Of a stretch of 64,000 nucleotides of DNA, positions 52,478-64,000 are shown in pieces. Source of the stretch: Podarcis vaucheri (Eukaryota); NCBI GenBank assembly GCA_965113315.1, contig OZ220376.1. One strand, given 5' to 3'. The position numbers were made by a program, and so were the translations under genes. The notes under the pieces were generated by a model, which was not told the DNA's origin, did not search any database, and worked only from the letters and a program-made list of their open reading frames with translations. Position 1 is the stretch's first letter, and each line of letters begins with the position of its first letter.

Positions 52478-53929
52478 AGAATAAAATATAGAACAAGCAG
52501 CAGTGGAAGGGTTTGTTTCCTATAAGATAATTTGAGGTAGTCAAGTAGCACCCAGAGGAGAGTGCAAGTCTGGGAGTAAAGGAAGGCCTGGGCACTAAAG
52601 CAAGGTCAGTAAATGGTTTGGGTCATGTCTGGAAATCCATAGTGGAGGAAGAAGAAGTAGACCGTACTATTAGTACAAGAGAGGATACCCTCCAACACTT
52701 TGCCATCTTCCCCAGATGCCCTCTTCCCATTTTTTATCCCAAAACCTGGTGGTTGTGATTGCCTTGCCCCAGATCAGATCCAGGAGCAGAGCTGGCGTCA
52801 GTGTCCCAGTCTGGAGGAGAAGGCAGCTGTTGCCCTCCAGGGCTGCATTTAGAACCCTCACAGGAGGGAACTTCGTGGAGTCGTCTTCTAAACTAGCTGG
52901 AGGGTAACAGGTGAGAGAAGGCTTGGCTGCAATTCCTGGCAGCGGTTCTCTGGGGATTTGAGACAGGAGTGTTTCCAAACAGTGCCTGAAGATGCCAGGG
53001 ATTGAATTCTGGATCTTCTGCATGGAGAGCACATCCTCATAGAATGAGCCAGGCATGATCTAGCAGCCTACACCAGCCTTCCTCAACCTGGTGCCCTCCA
53101 GCAGGTCCTCAGGTATCCTGGGTCTGAGCCGTTAAGGGTCCTCCTACCTGTCCATGATTTGAGAACTGAGTCAACCTCTGTGAGCATAGCATGGTTTCTG
53201 AAGAGTTGTTCCCAGAAGCAAGCTGGCAGCCAGAGAATTGGGTGGCGCCACCTACTGCTAGACTCCCTGCCTTCTGCCCTACCAGTTCAAATGAGCACCA
53301 GTCACTTCTGAAAGCAGGATGCAAATAAATATTGTACACAGGCAAGCAAACTTTGAGCAGCTTACTCTTGCAGACTCCTCCAAGTCCCCAGCCTCAGAGT
53401 GTTTCTTGGTCAAAGAAGTGTTTCCCAAAAGGCTCTGCTTTGACCTCTTTCCAGTTGAAACTTAATCATTCTGGCAAGGCGACTGGAAGCAAAAGGAGGA
53501 TGGAAGGGCTGCAGGGCTTTTATTAACTGGGCAAAGGAGAGAATTTTCTGCAGGTACAGCTTCTCTCTCCTGTGACAAACCACACACTTGCTGACATTCC
53601 TTCTCGTCTACCATTAAAAAGGACAACACCCAATCCGCTTGTCCTCTGAGACATTTTTTGTATGTAAAATAAATAACTGTAAAAAGGAATCCATCAACTG
53701 TACTTCATCTCCCCTCACCCCTTCCTGGTCCTGTACTGTACTTTCAACAGCTAGCTAACATGCGGAGGTGAATATCACGGCATGGCCATAGGGGTTGCCA
53801 GCCCAATGCACAGAAACACAGTAGGGAAAACCCCTTTTTCCCCAGGCACCTGATCTCCAAGCCAAGTAAAACGTCTCCTGCTGAACTTCTGCAGGTCAAC
53901 CTGGTAGGAGAGCCTGGGATGGCAGCGCC

Positions 53930-54500
53930 TGTGACCCAAGCGCACCTGAACCCACCAGGTTGCAAAACCAACCACCCGGCATCCGCCTCTGTAGCGCCAC
54001 CTGGCGGAGGCGCTTCCCCTTCGCCCGCAACCCACGTGTACCGCTTCTCCTTTTACAACCTCGCTATTTACCCGAGTGTGTTAATTCCGACGACCAATCA
54101 GTGGGCAGGAGGTGTAGCTCCGGGAGGTTAAGCTCCAATCAGCACCTGCGAGTGGAGAAGGGAGGAGATGCTCTCTCCCTCTCTCTCCCCCGCTTCTCCC
54201 TCCCCCCTTTCCTCCCTTTCTGTAAACCACGTTGAGTTTGTAGCGCTAATTAATTTTTCCAAAGTCTGGGAGGGCTTCGCTGCAAGTCGGGATTCCGCTG
54301 CTGCTGCTGCCGCCGCTGCCGCCATCAACGGCCCTTCTTCGCCTTCCTCCTCCTCCTCTTCTCCCTGCACCGCAGAGTCCAGTTGCGGAGGCCCCTCGGC
54401 TGCAATAAAATGTTTGACGGCTCCTTCCTGTCTCTCATATCTCCCCTTCTGTTGCGGCTGCTACTGGTGCTCTGCGGACCGGGCACCCATACAGGTAGGC
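53930..54500 (+). promoter_or_regulatory. ADAMTS17 CpG-rich promoter/5'UTR with CTCF-like site (53992-54009), E-box CACGTG (54033-54038) and two CCAAT boxes (54094, 54135)
   Basis: High local CpG density, motifs read directly, GCT/GCC repeat at ~54296-54323 upstream of the ATG. Confidence 0.75.
54410..54494 (+). CDS. ADAMTS17: ADAMTS17 coding exon 1, signal peptide (MFDGSFLSLISPLLLRLLLVLCGPGTHT)
   Basis: ATG in AAAATG context within CpG-rich region, hydrophobic leader resembling recalled human MCDGALL..., donor CAG|GTAGG, phase 1. Confidence 0.88.
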
Positions 54501-55155
54501 TGGCTCTGCGGATTTTCTCCCCACTTCAATCTTCTGCCTTCTGTGTCGTCTCCCTGGATTTGACATTTTGGAAGCGGGCGCGGGGAAGTTTTTTTTTGGG
54601 GGGGTGGCGGACTGGACTTCAAATTGCATGCATTTTCAAAACGCACACCAACCCCTCGAGATACAATCATTTTGGGGAAGCCCCATATTTGTTGCATCTC
54701 TCCCCCGCCCCCTTAACAAGATGCAAAAGTTTGCAGAGCCAAATGGCATGTTCGTTTCCTTCTCTCTCTTTTCCACCCTCCCTTCCGTTATATGGCTCTG
54801 ATCCCAGTTTTCCTTATCCAAAAGGATGTATCTGTTTCCAGACTTGTATATTCTTTATTCCTGGCTGGTCTTCTTGCAAACCTCAACCCCCCCCCCTCTC
54901 TCTCTCTCTCCCCTCTCTCTTCTTTTTTAATAGGTTTGGTGAAATGTGAGTACCCCCTCCATACTCTCCCTCCTTCCCTCTCCTTGTGTGTGTGTGTGTA
55001 ATATCTAAAATACTTTTCTTGAACGATGCAAGAAAACTCTGGCGTTGTTCGGTTCTTTATCTCCCTCCCCCACTTTTCCCTTTATGCTGCACAACTAAAA
55101 AAAAAGTTGTAGCTACTGGCGGCAAATAAAATTAAAAAGAACCATCACCTCTCTC

Positions 55156-55203
55156 TCTTCTCTTCTCTTCTCTTCTCTTCTCTTCTCTTCTCTTCTCTTC
55201 TCT
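55156..55203. repeat. (TCTTC)n microsatellite
   Basis: Direct reading. Confidence 0.95.
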
Positions 55204-55556
55204 GCCTGCAGCTGGCTCAGAACTTCCAGGGCATTTGATCTGGGAATATATCTCGTTTATTTATTAAACTGCTAAATGGGCAGTGCATGGGATGTAGGGA
55301 GAGGATATGTGACAAGTTAAATGAAAGGTGATGTGTCAATGGCTACTGACCCTGATGGCCGGAGGCATTATGCTTCTGAATCCCAGTTGCTGGAAACCGC
55401 AGGAGGCTAAAGAGCTGTTGTACTCTGATCCTGCTGCTTGTGCGCCTCCTGTAAGCATCTGGCTTGCCACTGGGATAATGGGATGCTTGGCAAGGCGAGC
55501 CACTGCCCTCATCCAGCAGCAGACTCGTCTTCCATCTTTATAATAGGTAGAACTAT

Positions 55557-55697
55557 AGAATCGTAGAGTTGGAAGGGACCCTGAGGATCAACTTCTAATC
55601 CAGTCCCCTGCAATGCAGGAATATGCAGTTGTCCCATACAGGGATCGAACCTGCAACCTTGGCGTTATCTGCACCACGTTGTAACCAAGTGAGCTAT
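55557..55697 (-). mobile_element. tRNA-head SINE with CR1-derived tail
   Basis: Reverse complement of the 56460-56596 family; tail matches CR1 3' end. Confidence 0.75.
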
Positions 55698-56459
55698 GCA
55701 AGCTCCCCTAGTAAACGGAGCTTCAAAGGCAGTCTAAATTATGAGTGTCAAGATGCTGGGGGCAAATAAAGAAGAGAAGGCTGGCAGATCCATGGAGGAT
55801 AAGTCTACCTGTGACTGCTAGTCATGTGATGAGTGCTCTAGTATGTATGTCTCTTGATGTTGGTGCTGAGAATCACAAGGTTGGGGGCTGGGAGTTGTTG
55901 CACTCTGGTCCTGCTTGCAGATTTTCTATAGGCACATGGGTGACTACAGTGAGAACAGGATGCTGGGCTAGGTGGGACTTTGGCCTGATCCAGCCTGGGC
56001 TCTGTTTATGCTCTGAGAGGCTACCAAAAGTCCCATGGGAAAGACCTAGTGCAATTGTTCCATTGGTCCATCTAGCTCACAGGATTGCATCAATACTGGT
56101 TGCTGGGATTTGCAAACAGGGAGAGTGTTGCCGCTCTCAGGTCTTGCTTTTGAGCAACCCATAGGCATCCAGTTGGCCACTGTGAGAATATGATGTTGGG
56201 CTAGGTAAGAGTTTGCCAGACTTATGGTCTAACTACAGTTGGAGGCCCAGCAGGACCAGTGGTCAGGGATGATGGGAATCGTAGTTCAAAACCGGCTGGA
56301 GACCCAAGTTTGGGAAACCCTTGGCTAGATAGACCTTTGGCATGACCCAGCAGGGCTCTTGTGTTTCAGCATCATGAGTATGTAACAGAATGCTGGGGAG
56401 ACAATCCCTAGCCTGACCCAGAAGTGCAGCAGAATGTGTATGAACCAAGGGAATTTAGG

Positions 56460-56596
56460 TAGCTCAGTTGGATAGAGCATGGTGCCAATAACACCAAGGT
56501 TGCAGGTTCGATCCTGCTATGGGACAGCTGTGTATGCCTGCATTGCAGGGGCTTGGACTAGATGATCCTCATGGTCCCTTCTAACTGTATGATTCT
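56460..56596 (+). mobile_element. tRNA-head SINE with CR1-derived tail (other copies ~24720, 29710, 56730, 60510)
   Basis: TAGCTCAGTTGG A box, GGTTCGATCC B box, ATGATTCT end. Confidence 0.75.
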
Positions 56597-57473
56597 TTAA
56601 ATGCTAACAGGAGACCTAAGATTCCCCACCCTAGCCTATGCTAGAGAAGAGTCCATAGGTCAGTGCTAGAGCAGTTGCCCCAGGTTCCATACTTGGCATC
56701 TTCATGTAGGGTTGGGAACATGTATACTCAGGTGGCGCAATGGGTCAGTGTGTCTGGCTGTTAACCAGAAGGTTGGTGGTTCAAGCCCACCCAAGGCAGG
56801 ATTCCTGTGTTGCAGGTGTTTGGGCTACATGACCCTTGAGGTCCCTTCCAACTCTACAATATTATCATTCTATGATTCTATCCCTTTCTTGGAACCCTTC
56901 GGAGCTACCTCTGGTCAGTGTAGACAATATCAAGCCATGTCACCTTTCTATGTTCCTTAGAGAGCCAGTGTGGTGCAACGGTCAGTTGAATTAGGGCCTC
57001 AAGACCACAGTTCAAACCCTACTCAGCCCTGGGTGACCCTCGGCCAGTCATGGTCTCTCAGCCTACCTTCCAGAGTTGTTCTGTGGATTACCTGGGGAGA
57101 ACAATGTATGCCACTTAGAGCTCCTTGGAGAAAAAGATGGGATATAAATGTAATAAATAAATTGCACACACAGAAGGTCCCAGGTTCAATCCTTCTCATC
57201 TTCCATTGAAAGAAAAGAGGTTCAGAGAAATATTTGCCCAAGACCCTGGAGAGGCCCAGCGAGTCAGAGCAGAACTGAAATGGATGGGCAGATAGTATGG
57301 CAGCTTCCTTTGTTCATTCCTATGTGCCTTTGAGCATATGCAGAGTGCTTTCCATTGCTATTAATAGTTGCCAGAGTAACCACAGTTGACCTTCTCCTCC
57401 TCCTCCCCCACACTGACAAAGCATCATCAAAAGATGGACAAATATAAAAAAGGATCAGTTTTAAAAAGTAGTA

Positions 57474-58022
57474 AAGTTAGAGGTAAAGGACCCCTGACCC
57501 TTAAGTCCAGTCACGAACGACTGGGGTTGTGGCGCTCATCTCGCTTTACTGGCCGAGGGAGCTGGCGTTTGTCTGCAGACAGTTTCTCTGGGTCATGTGG
57601 CCAGCATGACTAAACTGCTTCTGGTGAAACCAGAGCAGCACACGGAAACGCCGTTTACCTTCCAGTCAGAGCGGTACCTATTTACCTACAGTGGTACCTC
57701 GGGTTAAGAACTTAATTCGTTCTGGAGGTCTGTTCTTCGCCTGAAACTGTTCTTAACCTGAAGCACCACTTTAGCTAATGCCTCCTGAAGCAAAGTTCTT
57801 AACCCGAGGTAATATTTCTGGGGTTAGCGGAGTCCGTAACCTGAAGCGTATGTAACCCGAGGTACCACTGTACTTGCACTTTGACGTGCTTTCGAACTGC
57901 TAGGTTGGCAGGAGCTGGGACCGAGCAACAGGAGCTCACCCCGTTTCAGGGATTCAAACCACCGACCTTCTGATCGGCAAGCCCTAGGCTCAGTGGTTTA
58001 GACCACAGCACCACCCACGTCC
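57474..58022 (-). mobile_element. Sauria SINE interrupted by a MITE
   Basis: Family sequence; TSD TTTAAAAAGTAGTA at both ends. Confidence 0.9.
57689..57870 (+). mobile_element. Tc1/mariner MITE (internally deleted) nested in Sauria SINE
   Basis: Perfect TIR CAGTGGTACCTCGGGTTA; duplicated TA restores the SINE sequence. Confidence 0.92.
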
Positions 58023-58424
58023 TTTAAAAAGTAGTAGTACTGGGCAAATAAGAATGATAATAAATGTCCAGCATTTTCAACTTATGACCAGAGAGCTCTG
58101 CCTTCTCAGTCACAATGTACCAAAGGAGGTTGCATGTTGTTGGAGAGGGGATTCGCTCTGCATATGTACAGAGGTGCCCTCTTCTTACAGATTCCAGTGT
58201 AAGACTGGCTGGTTCTAGCATTGCGAATAAGGTTCTAAAAATAGGTTTGGCTCTGGTGAGGTTGTGGTTTTAATTTAGACAGGGGTGGGAAACATCTGGC
58301 CTGCAGCCTGGCCTCACCATTTGACCCATGCAGATGCTCAAGCCACCAACCTGACTTCGCAGATTTCATGGGGTGGTAGCCCCAAGCAGGTATCTCCTTG
58401 CGTTCTTACGACTAACAGTGAATA

Positions 58425-58650
58425 CAGTGGTACCTCGGGCTACAGACGCTTCAGGTTACAGACTCCACTAACCCAGAAATAGTACCTCAGGTTAAGAACT
58501 TTGCTTCAGGATGAGAACAGAAATCGCAGGGCAGTGGTGCAGCAGCAGCAGGAGGCCCCATTAGCTAAAGTGGTGCTTCAGGTTAAGAACAGTTTCAGGT
58601 TAAGAACGGACCTCCAGAACAAATTAAGTTCTTAACCCGAGGTACCACTG
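58425..58650 (-). mobile_element. Tc1/mariner MITE, ~97 bp upstream of ADAMTS17 exon 2
   Basis: TIRs, TA TSD, reverse orientation relative to other copies. Confidence 0.9.
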
Positions 58651-58747
58651 TATAACCTTCTACCTAGGAGTTGGGCTCTTTGGCCTGTATTGCTGATGGC
58701 TGCTAATGCTCTCCCACCCTCCTCTCCCTCTGTGTCTCTTTTTGCAG

Positions 58748-59115
58748 TCAATGCGGACCTGGGTGTGGTGATCATCCCGGAGCAGGTGCCCCTTGACAAG
58801 ATCCCTTCCCTGCAGGTCAGAGGGATCCACTCTGAGGAGCATAGGAGGCGACGCTCTGTGCCTCTGCAGCCTGAAGAAGAGGCCGAGTTGCTGATCGTCC
58901 GGCTTCCCGCCGGGCTGGGCTCCGATCCAGGCTCTGACATCTACTTGAACCTTCGCCGAAATGGGCAGTTTTTGGCACCGGGTTTCTCCGTGGAGGAAAT
59001 TGGCGTGGGCCGAAGCAGCCGCCGTGTGGACTTGGATCGCCTCTGCTTCTACACAGGGCATGTGCTCAACCGCAGCGCAGACTCCTTCGCTTCCCTCAGT
59101 GCCTGCGGCGGGCTG
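58748..59115 (+). CDS. ADAMTS17: ADAMTS17 coding exon 2, prodomain (RRRR furin-type site; YLNLRRN, CFYTGHV, SLSACGGL)
   Basis: tttgcag acceptor phase-compatible with exon 1, ADAMTS propeptide motifs, donor CTG|GTACTT (weak); synteny with CERS3; later exons not found in window. Confidence 0.9.
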
Positions 59116-60749
59116 GTACTTGTCTCTGGGCGAATTTGCCCTCGATGGGCGCAGTCTGGTGTTGCGGGAGGCCGTTGTTTGGGGAAGAAGAGCCTGTGGA
59201 AGAGTGTGTTGGGTGGGGCATGGAGTTAAGAGAGTCGAGAGACAGGAATGTGAGAAGGCGGGTGGGTTCCCTGTACCTAGAAAGTGGGGAGTCCGGTCAG
59301 GCTAGGGAACAGCGCTGCAAACCTGTGTTCATTCCCTTACAATTTTCAGTTAGTTACAGGTTACAATGTCAGTTTCGTACTGACAAGTGGAAGAAAATTG
59401 TAGCAGTCTGGCCTGCTTCTGATATCACAATTACAGTCAGCCAGCCATTCCCTTTTCTTAGGTACTCCATTCCATTTAGCCATCATGTTTTCCATTTCCC
59501 CACTCCAACCTTCAGGCAGCATTTTGTGGCTGCTGCGTAGGCTCAGTCCTCTTTGGACAGTGCCTGGAGTGCATGCCCTGGAACAGGAGGTGCTCTTAAT
59601 GTTTTACCCCTGGGGCCTACTTAAGAGAGCTGACAATTTCTGAGGCCTACCAGTCTCAAAATGGTGGAGGCAGGGGGTAGCGTCTGGCTTAATTAGGTGG
59701 CTGTTACTGACATGGTTTTCTATTGATCCCTAACCAGCCTTTGGTCATTGCTAAATCCTTTGCCACAGTGTTTTTCATGTGGCAAGGAGTTCTGTAGTCT
59801 ATCTTGCCTGTATTTCAAAACAAATGTTGCTCATCTTGGGGATATTGTAAGATGAGTTTGCTGATCTAGAGGCTCAAAGTAAAACACACTTACATTCACT
59901 TCCTTTTGCTGCAGTTACTCTCTCCTACCCTGTTCCTTTCTTATTCTCAGATGATGATGATGATTATTATTATTACTACTACTACTATTATTTATTTTCA
60001 ATAACTTTTGCTGTCTCTAATTTCCTTCAACACCTCCTCAGGTCTTTTCCCCTTTGAGAAGGGAGGCCTCCCCCCTTCTCCCCAAATTTCTCTGACCCTC
60101 AGCCATCTTGACTCGCCATATGAGGAGTGCTGACATTAATGCAACCATTAGCCCCACACGGCCAGGGGACTAGATGGGTCACAGCACCATGGCTCACTAG
60201 TCGTCTCTGGCCCAGCGTTTGGGAAACTCTATGCTAAACTATTCCTCCGACGCTCCTTTGCGTTGCTGGCAAAGAGGGCAGACCAGCTTCTGCTTAAAGA
60301 TCTGCCCTTATGGATCGCATTGCAGAGGGAATCCTGGCTTCGTTTCTGAGGAACGGCAGGGTGCTCCGGGAGCACACCTTGTAAACCAGTAGGGGGCAGC
60401 ATTCTAAAATTGCAGGCTTAAAAAAAAAAAAGAATCTCCAGTCTGCAGGAGCTCTGGCCCCTTTTGCTTCTTGTCACCCTGCTTAGCCCTTAGTGATGAA
60501 CGAGCATTGATAGCTCAGTTGGTTAAAGCGTAGTGCTGACAATGCCAAGGTTGCAGGTTCAATCCCCGTATGGTACAGCTGCATGGCAAGGGACTTGGAC
60601 TAGATGATCCTTCCAACTCTATGATTCTGTTTTGGGACTGGATCCCTCTATGGGACAACTGTGTAAGAGTTTGGACTTCCATGATCCCTCCCAACTCTAT
60701 GATTCTATGGGGCTCAGTTTGGCCTCCCAGTCTTCCAATCGGTCTAGTC

Positions 60750-60887
60750 CAGCGGTTCTCAACCTGTGGGTCCCCAGATGTTGTTGGACTACAACTCCCA
60801 TCACCCCTGAGCTCTGGCCTTGCTAGCTAGGGGGGATGGGAGTTGTAGTTCAACAACATCTGGGGACCCACAGGCTGAGAAAGGCTG
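60750..60887. mobile_element. Palindromic hAT MITE
   Basis: Long inverted arms; 8-bp TSD GTCTAGTC/CTCTAGTC. Confidence 0.85.
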
Positions 60888-61577
60888 CTCTAGTCGCATT
60901 GTGGGTCTCGCCTGTTAACTTTCTGCGATGTCTCTGTGGCTCTGTAGGAATGCCGATGAGGCTGGAATTCTTCACAGCCTGTCCACCCCGCCCCTTCCCT
61001 CCTGCCTCCCCACCTAATTCAGGCGTTGCCCCTCAGGGCAGGAGTGGGCGGAGCAGGGGGGTGCTTAGTTTGGGCAGCTGTGCTGTAGACAGTCCTTAAG
61101 GAAGGAGGGGCAAGCCCTGTGCCTCAGGTGAGCACCTGCATCCAGATAATGGGATACCAGCGTCTTTTGTGATTGATGTTGGAAGCTGGAGCTGAGCACC
61201 ACCAAAGGTTTCTTGGAGCTTGAAAATGAGAATGCTGTTCACCCCCCCCCCCCTCGTGAAATGCTGACAGGCTTCTCCACCCACCTGTCCCTTGCTGCAA
61301 AGCACACTTGGTTAATCTCATTCATAAATTACCAAGCTCTTAAGGCTCTGAAGCCATCTGAAAAGTGTACAAACAGAACTGGGGGGGGGGGAAAGCCACG
61401 TAAAAATATAAACTAAACAGGAATTCATTTGTAGTGGCAACTTTTATTGCTTGAGAACTGATGGTGGTAGAAAAGGGAATTAATAACACTCTGCTGGCAG
61501 TTGGGGAATATGTCCCGACCTCACTTACTTGGGAGTAAGCTCCTTGAATCCAGTGGGACTTACTTCTGAGTAGACAT

Positions 61578-61900
61578 GGTCCACATCCACACCAGGCATT
61601 TAAAATGCTATGATACCACTTTAAACAGTCATGTCCCCCCCCCAAAAAAAAACGAATTCTGGGCACTGTAGTTTAAGGGTGCTGAGAGTTCTTAGGAAAC
61701 CCGTTTGCCCCCTAGTACTACAATTCCCAGAGTGGTTTAACAATCAGTCCTGCTTCTCAGGGAACCCTGAGAATTGTAGCTTTGGGAGGGGACCAGCTTT
61801 CAGCACCCTTAACAAATTACAGCTCCCATGTTTCCTTGGGGGAAGCGATGACTGCTTAAAGCGGTAACAGACCTCTTTAAATGTATCCTGCGAATGGGAC
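61578..61900. mobile_element. Palindromic non-autonomous DNA element (related pieces at ~22170-22310 and ~50640-50980)
   Basis: Inverted CTTTAAACAGTCAT / ATGACTGCTTAAAG arms, recurring internal motifs. Confidence 0.6.
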
Positions 61901-63915
61901 TGTGGTTAGGTTGACAGACTTTGAATTGTGGAGGGAATTTAGGAAGCTCCTGAAATCTACACTCGGGACGCCCTAACACCCTTGCCCCTGTTTTACCTTG
62001 TAATTAAAATTGGCAAACTAAGGGTGTTGCCACACAAAGTTAAGAGATGCAGTTCCCTTTTGTATCCCCTATAACATGGGAAGCACAGCAAGGGTATACA
62101 GCTGAAATTGGAAGAATCTCTATACCGATTTGAGTTAGGACCAAACCATCACCACCGACAACCTTCTTCCCTTGCAAGGAGATCGATGACTTTTTTGCCT
62201 AGGGGTTGAGATTCTTCTGGACCCTGACATTTCTCCAGATAATCAATCAAATCTTAAAACAGGTATACTGTTCCACTTGTCTGGGAAGCTTCCGCAGCCA
62301 GTTCCCCAGACTCTAAGGTAGTGGGGACCCTCGCGGGGTGTCAAATCAAGACTCTTGCTTTGGCAGGTGGGATTAACTGACCAAACAAAAGTGCATTGCA
62401 GCTTGGGGGGGGTGCAGCTAGAGATCCTCCCTTGGGCCATAACATGGGTGGGTCTGGGATAACCTCTTGAGTAAACAAAACAGTGCAGAGACCAGACTGC
62501 CTTCATCAACCAGGCGCAGAAAGACATAGTGGATAGATCTGGGCACTAGGGGAGTCATATCACAACTACTGTTTTAGGAGGTGATAGCAAGAGCTAAGGG
62601 GAGTGTTAGAAGAAGGTAGGGGGCTGCCTCTCCCCCATGCAATCCAAGCGCTGGGTGGGATACAGAGTGGGAAGCAGCTGTTGAGCAGTCCTTTGTACAT
62701 TTCGCTTTGAGATAGTTCTCCTTTTGAACTATTTCCCCCAGCATCTGAAACATATGCATGGAGTCAGATCAGTGTTGTTAACTCTGAGTGACAGTCTCCT
62801 TCCGGGGCCTCAAGCAGAGGTCTTCCCCAAGCCTGCTGGCTGAGATCACGTCAGCTGGAGATGCCAGGAACAAGTATATAATCAAAGCACTTGTTCTACC
62901 ACTGGAAACCCCTGTGAGCAATGGCCTACCAAGGCACTTTCCATTTTGGAAAGTTGGGCAGAGCATGGTATTGTCCCGATTCCTGCCGTGACAGCGATGC
63001 TCACTGTGTACCACGATCCGAAGCTGAAATAGCTCTGTGGTGATGATGAGCAGGTTGCTTGCAAGCCCTCTGTCTCCTAAAAGCCAGGCAGCATAGCTTT
63101 AACTGGAATGCCATCTGTGGAAGAACAAAACCAAGGGTTGTTCGCAAACAGCACTTGCGTCCGTGACATCTGTGTGCCATGCGTAAGTAAAATAACATGG
63201 GCTCAGCAGTAAACTAACCACAACAGATAGGAACATGGACCCTCTCCTATTGTTGGTCCTCTTCCAGCCCTGCTAACTGCATCATTGTTGGCAGAGAACA
63301 CATTGCGGCAAAAACTACATATCCTGAAAAGCACTACCAAACACATGGGATGGAGGCGCAGAGAACATGATCCTCTAACTATGCCCAGCTGCTGATGCTG
63401 GGAAGACCTATCCAGATGTTCAGTGGGGAGCAGTAACTATGGTTGCCTTGATGATGTGGACAGGAGGGGGAGCAGGGAGCTGTGAGGCACTGAGAGAAGA
63501 GGATGCTTGTCTAGATAGGATGTTGGCCTGATCCTGCAGGCTTTTGTGTTCTGATGTTCCTGTTGGTGCCAATGGGAGGTTGTTTCTTAATGCTAATTGC
63601 CATCTCCTCTCTGTGTAATTTGTTCCAAAGCTAAACCGTTCTTACTGCCAGGAAACTTCTTCTTGTGTTCCACCTCTATCTTACGTCCAGGAGATCTAGT
63701 CCTGTCCTATGGGGCAGCAGAGAACTAACTTTTGCCCTGTTTTGTGTGAGAGTCCTTCTGGTACTAGAAGAGGGATATTATTTCCCACCTCTGTTTTCCC
63801 TGGGTGAACATACATAGTTCCTTCAACTTTTCCAAGTAGGCGCTTTGCTCTGCGAAACTGGGGCACTACTCTTTCTGCAGGCAATGGCAACTCTGTTCTC
63901 TGTCTGGTTGGAGCC

Positions 63916-63956
63916 TGTGTGTGTGTGTGCGTGTGCGCGCGCGCGCGCATGTGTGC
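63916..63956. repeat. (TG)n(CG)n alternating purine-pyrimidine tract
   Basis: Direct reading; Z-DNA-prone composition. Confidence 0.85.
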
Positions 63957-64000
63957 AAAAGAGAGGCAGGTGGTGGATGATGAATGAAGAGCAATCCTAT

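Overview
Vertebrate genomic DNA from a squamate, most likely a lacertid lizard (Sauria SINE, Squam3-like SINEs, BovB, CR1 and L2 repeats). The + strand carries the complete coding sequence of ceramide synthase 3 (CERS3): 10 coding exons at 3057-34029, 1146 nt, 381 aa, with consistent splice phases, one GC-AG intron and a 15.1-kb last intron. About 20 kb downstream on the same strand are the CpG-rich promoter and first two coding exons of ADAMTS17, matching the CERS3-ADAMTS17 synteny I recall for amniotes. Most of the remainder is a dense, nested transposon landscape. The most notable sequence-level observations: (1) a young 5'-truncated CR1 with an intact 973-codon ORF2 joined to the end of ORF1 by a correctly phased U_UUA_AAC -1 slippery heptamer; (2) an L2 inserted antisense into a same-family L2, giving a ~740-bp inverted repeat; (3) a near-perfect 104-nt fold-back hairpin at an L2 5' junction; (4) a candidate in-frame 51-nt cassette exon and possible decayed antisense coding remnants in the last CERS3 intron. 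I cannot demonstrate a new biological system from sequence alone. All comparisons with human proteins and repeat families are from memory, not database searches.
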